DNA of 32,000 nucleotides, from contig NZ_CP007754.1 of assembly GCF_000757865.1 (NCBI RefSeq), forward strand, positions 180,001 to 212,000, read 5' to 3'. The position numbers and the translations under genes are program-made. Origin of the DNA: Prochlorococcus sp. MIT 0801 (GTDB taxonomy: Bacteria > Cyanobacteriota > Cyanobacteriia > PCC-6307 > Cyanobiaceae). The notes below the pieces were generated by a model. That model was not told the DNA's origin. It was given only the letters and a program-made list of their open reading frames with translations, and made no database searches. Below, piece by piece: positions 28,883 through 32,000 of the stretch; the stretch's first letter is position 1; the number at the start of each line of letters is the position of its first letter.

Positions 28883-29079
28883 AATTTATAATTATTTTCG
28901 TCCTCAATAAGATCTGATAAGGGCATTACAGAAAATTCTATAGATGACAACTCAAATAACTTTGCATATGCAAAGCAAGCTTCCTTGTCAGAGCAAGTGA
29001 TTCGAAGGATACCCTCTGTGTCATAAAGACCAAACAAGTTATACCTCTTGCAAAGGACGCATAAATCGCTGGAAACCAT
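28879..29079 (-). CDS. Hypothetical 66-aa protein with a C-X2-C...C-X5-C pattern
   Basis: It is the only ORF filling an otherwise 240-nt gap. It has an ATG start, Cys7/Cys10/Cys29/Cys35 and an acidic C-terminus. I recognise no homology, so it could instead be the 3' UTR of the LuxR gene. Confidence 0.4.
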   Translation of the reverse strand: MVSSDLCVLCKRYNLFGLYDTEGILRITCSDKEACFAYAKLFELSSIEFSVMPLSDLIEDENNYKF

Positions 29080-29101
29080 CTAACGATTATTAAGACAATC
29101 T

Positions 29102-29125
29102 AAAGGACAAGCTGCCTTTTTGTTT
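29102..29125 (+). terminator. Weak hairpin plus T-run between the CYTH gene and the 66-aa ORF (candidate terminator, better on the + strand)
   Basis: AAAGG (29102-06) pairs with CCTTT (29115-19). Possible inner pairs are C29108-G29114 and A29109-T29113. It is followed by TTGTTT. The stem is AT-rich and short. Confidence 0.2.
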
Positions 29126-29624
29126 AGAAGCTTTTGGCTTTTATCCTATCTTTTACTGACAATTCAGAAATTGGTGCTTTCGCAAGAGCAGCATTGCTCA
29201 ATGATTTGATCCCAGTTATCTCTTGTCCACACCATGATGGGACTTGAATTTCTTCTGATTCAGAATTCAATTCAATTTCAGCAATTTTTAAACACGAATT
29301 TGACTCTTCAAAAACATCAACCACCCAATTTTTTTTATTTATATTTAGCTGATATCGAGTTTTAGCAATTTTATATTTAGATAATTGTATTAATTCAATA
29401 GCATCTTTTCTAGGAATTGAATATTCAAACTCATAGTTTATTAATTCATTTAAAGAGGACTTTAATGTTATGTACCCTTTATTATTATCTATTATCCTTA
29501 CTCGAGTAGCCCATTCATCTACACTTGCATTTAAGTAGGCCTGACTAAAACTTTCACTTAGTATTACCTGATCTTTCCAATCTTCATTTTTAACTAAGAA
29601 TCTCCTTTCTATTTCTATGCCCAT
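29124..29624 (-). CDS. CYTH-domain protein (CyaB/ThTPase-like triphosphate tunnel metalloenzyme)
   Basis: N-terminal EIERRFLV (ExExK-type motif), about 166 aa, alternating acidic/basic beta-strand pattern typical of CYTH. Confidence 0.75.
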   Translation of the reverse strand: MGIEIERRFLVKNEDWKDQVILSESFSQAYLNASVDEWATRVRIIDNNKGYITLKSSLNELINYEFEYSIPRKDAIELIQLSKYKIAKTRYQLNINKKNWVVDVFEESNSCLKIAEIELNSESEEIQVPSWCGQEITGIKSLSNAALAKAPISELSVKDRIKAKSF

Positions 29625-29630
29625 AACTAA

Positions 29631-30536
29631 TTATTTGTGAGGATCGTTCAGGCTACTTGCCCAATGAAGCTTTTGAGTAATTGTCTTATAATAAGAATGA
29701 TTTTCATCTAAAATGATTATTGAGGTTGAGTGATTAGATTTCTTTATTAAGCATGTGTCGTCAGATTCAATTGAACATCCACTGGATCCATCTAACCATA
29801 ACTTTATTTTTTGTCTCATACCTCTTATGGGTTTGATTACTAATCGAGATTCAGGAGGGACCACAATTGGCCTACTGGCTAAGCTCATAGGGCAAATAGC
29901 GCTCACTATAATTCCATCCAAAGATGGATGGATAATGGGTCCTCCAGCGGCCATAGAGTAAGCAGTAGAACCTGTTGGAGTAGAGAAGATAAGTCCATCG
30001 CCCTTGTATTTATCTACAGCTTCACCATCTATTTCAAGTGCGAGGCTGCAAGTAGGCGAAATCTCATCTGTGCAAGATCGTAAATAAAAATCATTTAGAG
30101 CAAAAAATGATTTTTTAATTGTGGTTTCATTGTTGTTACTTTCTTTAAAGACTGTTGCTTCAAGCATCATTCTTTTTTGGATATTAAATCTATTATTTGA
30201 AACTCTTTCCCAAAAAGTTTCTTGCTTTAAGATATGACGATCGTGGGTCAAAAAACCTAGATTTCCTCCAACATTAAAACTCAAAATAGGTATGTTTTTC
30301 GGGGATAAATATCTTGCGGCCCTTAAAACTGTTCCATCACCTCCCAGAACAATAGTGATCTCTGGCAATACATCAGATGCTAAAAATAATTGATTAATAT
30401 TATTGGTTTCTGTGCTTATTTCGGAAAATAAAACTTTTTTCCCATAACCTTCAATTATTTTTTTACAATTTAAGGTTTCTTTGTATGCAGTATCGCTATC
30501 TGATCTATATAAGATCCAGATCAGACTTGTTGTCAT
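29631..30536 (-). CDS. nadK: NAD(+) kinase
   Basis: GGDGTVLRAAR motif, NDFYL, and GDGLIFSTPTGSTAYSMAAGGPIIHP. Confidence 0.92.
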   Translation of the reverse strand: MTTSLIWILYRSDSDTAYKETLNCKKIIEGYGKKVLFSEISTETNNINQLFLASDVLPEITIVLGGDGTVLRAARYLSPKNIPILSFNVGGNLGFLTHDRHILKQETFWERVSNNRFNIQKRMMLEATVFKESNNNETTIKKSFFALNDFYLRSCTDEISPTCSLALEIDGEAVDKYKGDGLIFSTPTGSTAYSMAAGGPIIHPSLDGIIVSAICPMSLASRPIVVPPESRLVIKPIRGMRQKIKLWLDGSSGCSIESDDTCLIKKSNHSTSIIILDENHSYYKTITQKLHWASSLNDPHK

Positions 30537-30545
30537 TAAAAATAT

Positions 30546-30875
30546 CTACCATTTGAGTAGATTGAAACTTTCCATGTCAATAGTAACTCTATTTCTATAC
30601 AATGAAAGTAGTATCGCTAGTCCAACGGCTGCCTCTGCTGCTGCTACGGTAATAACAAAAATTGAAAATACTTGCCCTCTAATTACTGATCCATCTATAT
30701 AGGATGAAAAACTCATAAGATTTATATTCACTGCATTTAACATTAATTCTATGCTCATTAAAACACGAACAGCATTTCGACTATTTATTAATCCCCATAC
30801 ACCTGTACAGAAAAGGAATGCAGCAATTATGAGATAAGCCTGAAGAGGGACTGGAACAATAGAATTTTCTAACAT
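30546..30875 (-). CDS. ndhE: NDH-1 subunit E (chain 4L)
   Basis: 109 aa with three TM helices. LQAYLIIAAFLFCTGVWGLINSRN...LMSIELMLNAVNIN is typical of NdhE/NuoK. Confidence 0.93.
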   Translation of the reverse strand: MLENSIVPVPLQAYLIIAAFLFCTGVWGLINSRNAVRVLMSIELMLNAVNINLMSFSSYIDGSVIRGQVFSIFVITVAAAEAAVGLAILLSLYRNRVTIDMESFNLLKW

Positions 30876-30909
30876 ATTTAGTATATAAATGTTATGTATA
30901 TAATTAAAT

Positions 30910-31512
30910 TCATTTTATACTATTTTCGGAAAGAAGAGGAATTTTCTTATCACTTAAGGACTTTTGATTCTTTAAATTATTTATATCAGCTGTTGAAATG
31001 GATACATCTCTTCTTGCTAATACAATTGCTCCAATCATAGCCATTAATAATAGAATCGAAGCAAGTTCAAAAGGTAATAAATAATCTGTAAATAGATGTT
31101 CTCCTATTCTCTCAGTTGCTTCTTCGCCAACAGAGGTTGGACCTGGCAAGTTCCATTTGGTGGTAATGCTAACCCGCAATAATAGAATTAATAATCCACC
31201 ACAAACGCCACCAGATATCAACTTTCTAGTTTTAAGACCTTTAATTGGTTCTAACTTTTCTTTATTATTAACTAACATAATTGCAAATAATATCAAAACA
31301 TTTACAGCTCCTACATATACAAGAATTTGAGCTGCAGCGACAAAACTAGCATTTAGCAAAAGATATAAACCTGCTACAGCCATAAAGACTCCACCTAATA
31401 AAAAGGCTGAGTAAACAATATTTTCTAATAAAACAACCGCCAAACTTCCAGAAACTATTACAGCACTTAGAATTAAAAAGCAAATTAATTCTGTTGAATA
31501 AGCGATATTCAT
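30910..31512 (-). CDS. ndhG: NDH-1 subunit G (chain 6)
   Basis: [48 protein letters not shown] is typical of NdhG/NuoJ. The ATG overlaps the ndhI stop (ATGA on the minus strand). Confidence 0.93.
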   Translation of the reverse strand: MNIAYSTELICFLILSAVIVSGSLAVVLLENIVYSAFLLGGVFMAVAGLYLLLNASFVAAAQILVYVGAVNVLILFAIMLVNNKEKLEPIKGLKTRKLISGGVCGGLLILLLRVSITTKWNLPGPTSVGEEATERIGEHLFTDYLLPFELASILLLMAMIGAIVLARRDVSISTADINNLKNQKSLSDKKIPLLSENSIK

Positions 31513-32000
31513 TGGTTAGTAGAATTTAATTTATTTGGAACCATATCCGAATAATTATTATTACCTTCTTCTTGTGATTTCTCTGCTTGCAGTTCTTTTA
31601 TAATCTGACTTGGAAGCTTACCTGCTCTTTGTTGGTTCGCAGGTAATTCATGAGGGTCCATTATGCCCTTTGGCAAATAGGGTAATTCTCTGAGAGGACG
31701 AACTGATGGATCTGAAGTTACGCTTGTTGGTAGTCTTCCAAGAGCAACATTATCGTAGTTAAGGCTATGTCTATCAAATGCAGACAGTTCATATTCTTCT
31801 GTCATTGATAAACAATTTGTAGGGCAATATTCAACGCAATTCCCGCAAAAAATACATGCACCAAAGTCAATAGAATAATTTCTCAATTCTTTTTTCTTGG
31901 TTTCTTTATTCATTACCCAATCAACAACTGGGAGATTGATTGGGCATACCCTTACGCAAACCTCGCAAGCAATGCATTTATCAAATTCATAGTGAATCCT
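31509..32000 (-). CDS. ndhI: NDH-1 subunit I (2x[4Fe-4S] ferredoxin-type), N-terminus beyond the window
   Basis: The frame stays open past the listed Met. Reverse-complementing 31914-32000 gives [29 protein letters not shown] in frame, followed by [12 protein letters not shown]. These are the two Cys clusters of NdhI/NuoI. Confidence 0.93.
   Translation of the reverse strand, partial: RIHYEFDKCIACEVCVRVCPINLPVVDWVMNKETKKKELRNYSIDFGACIFCGNCVEYCPTNCLSMTEEYELSAFDRHSLNYDNVALGRLPTSVTSDPSVRPLRELPYLPKGIMDPHELPANQQRAGKLPSQIIKELQAEKSQEEGNNNYSDMVPNKLNSTNQ

Overview
This window looks like a densely packed core-chromosome segment of a low-GC marine picocyanobacterium, Prochlorococcus-like. The basis is AT-rich coding sequence, the ycf3/ycf34/rpaA/rpaB/ndh/pds-crtB gene content, and many 4-nt gene overlaps. 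I call 36 protein-coding genes, two of them truncated by the window edges, plus one tRNA-Asn(GTT). Content in order: ArnT-like membrane protein fragment, UPF0367-like small protein, orphan ABC ATPase, tRNA-Asn, rpaA, holB-tmk-Cu P-type ATPase, ycf3, radA, rpaB-plsX-fabH-fabD-plsC, tsaB-ycf34, CCA/poly(A) polymerase-family enzyme, RRM protein, crtB-pds, ndhM plus a coupled DUF3172-like gene, LysR (RbcR/Ycf30-like), NnrU/Z-ISO-like gene-ndhF-ndhD, scpA, sugar-phosphate nucleotidyltransferase, metF, small LuxR (PedR-like), a 66-aa 4-Cys ORF, and CYTH-nadK-ndhE-ndhG-ndhI. I see no CRISPR array, transposase, integrase, phage gene, toxin-antitoxin pair or recognisable defence gene, and no island next to the tRNA. 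My honest reading is that this is ordinary core genome, not a novel multi-gene system. The items most worth a second look are modest. (1) The only long non-coding gap (1621-1979) ends in a terminator-like hairpin 18 nt before rpaA. (2) A sharp GC/GC3 spike with a canonical four-run C-tract (G4/i-motif) sits in the 3' end of the cca-family gene, upstream of rbp. (3) The NnrU/Z-ISO-like gene appears co-transcribed with ndhF-ndhD, beside a divergent LysR gene and 2 kb from crtB-pds. (4) An uncharacterised gene is translationally coupled to ndhM. (5) nadK and a CYTH gene are fused onto the ndhI-G-E string. (6) PlsX carries a roughly 96-aa repeat-containing N-terminal extension. All family assignments come from motif recognition and memory, and no database search was run.
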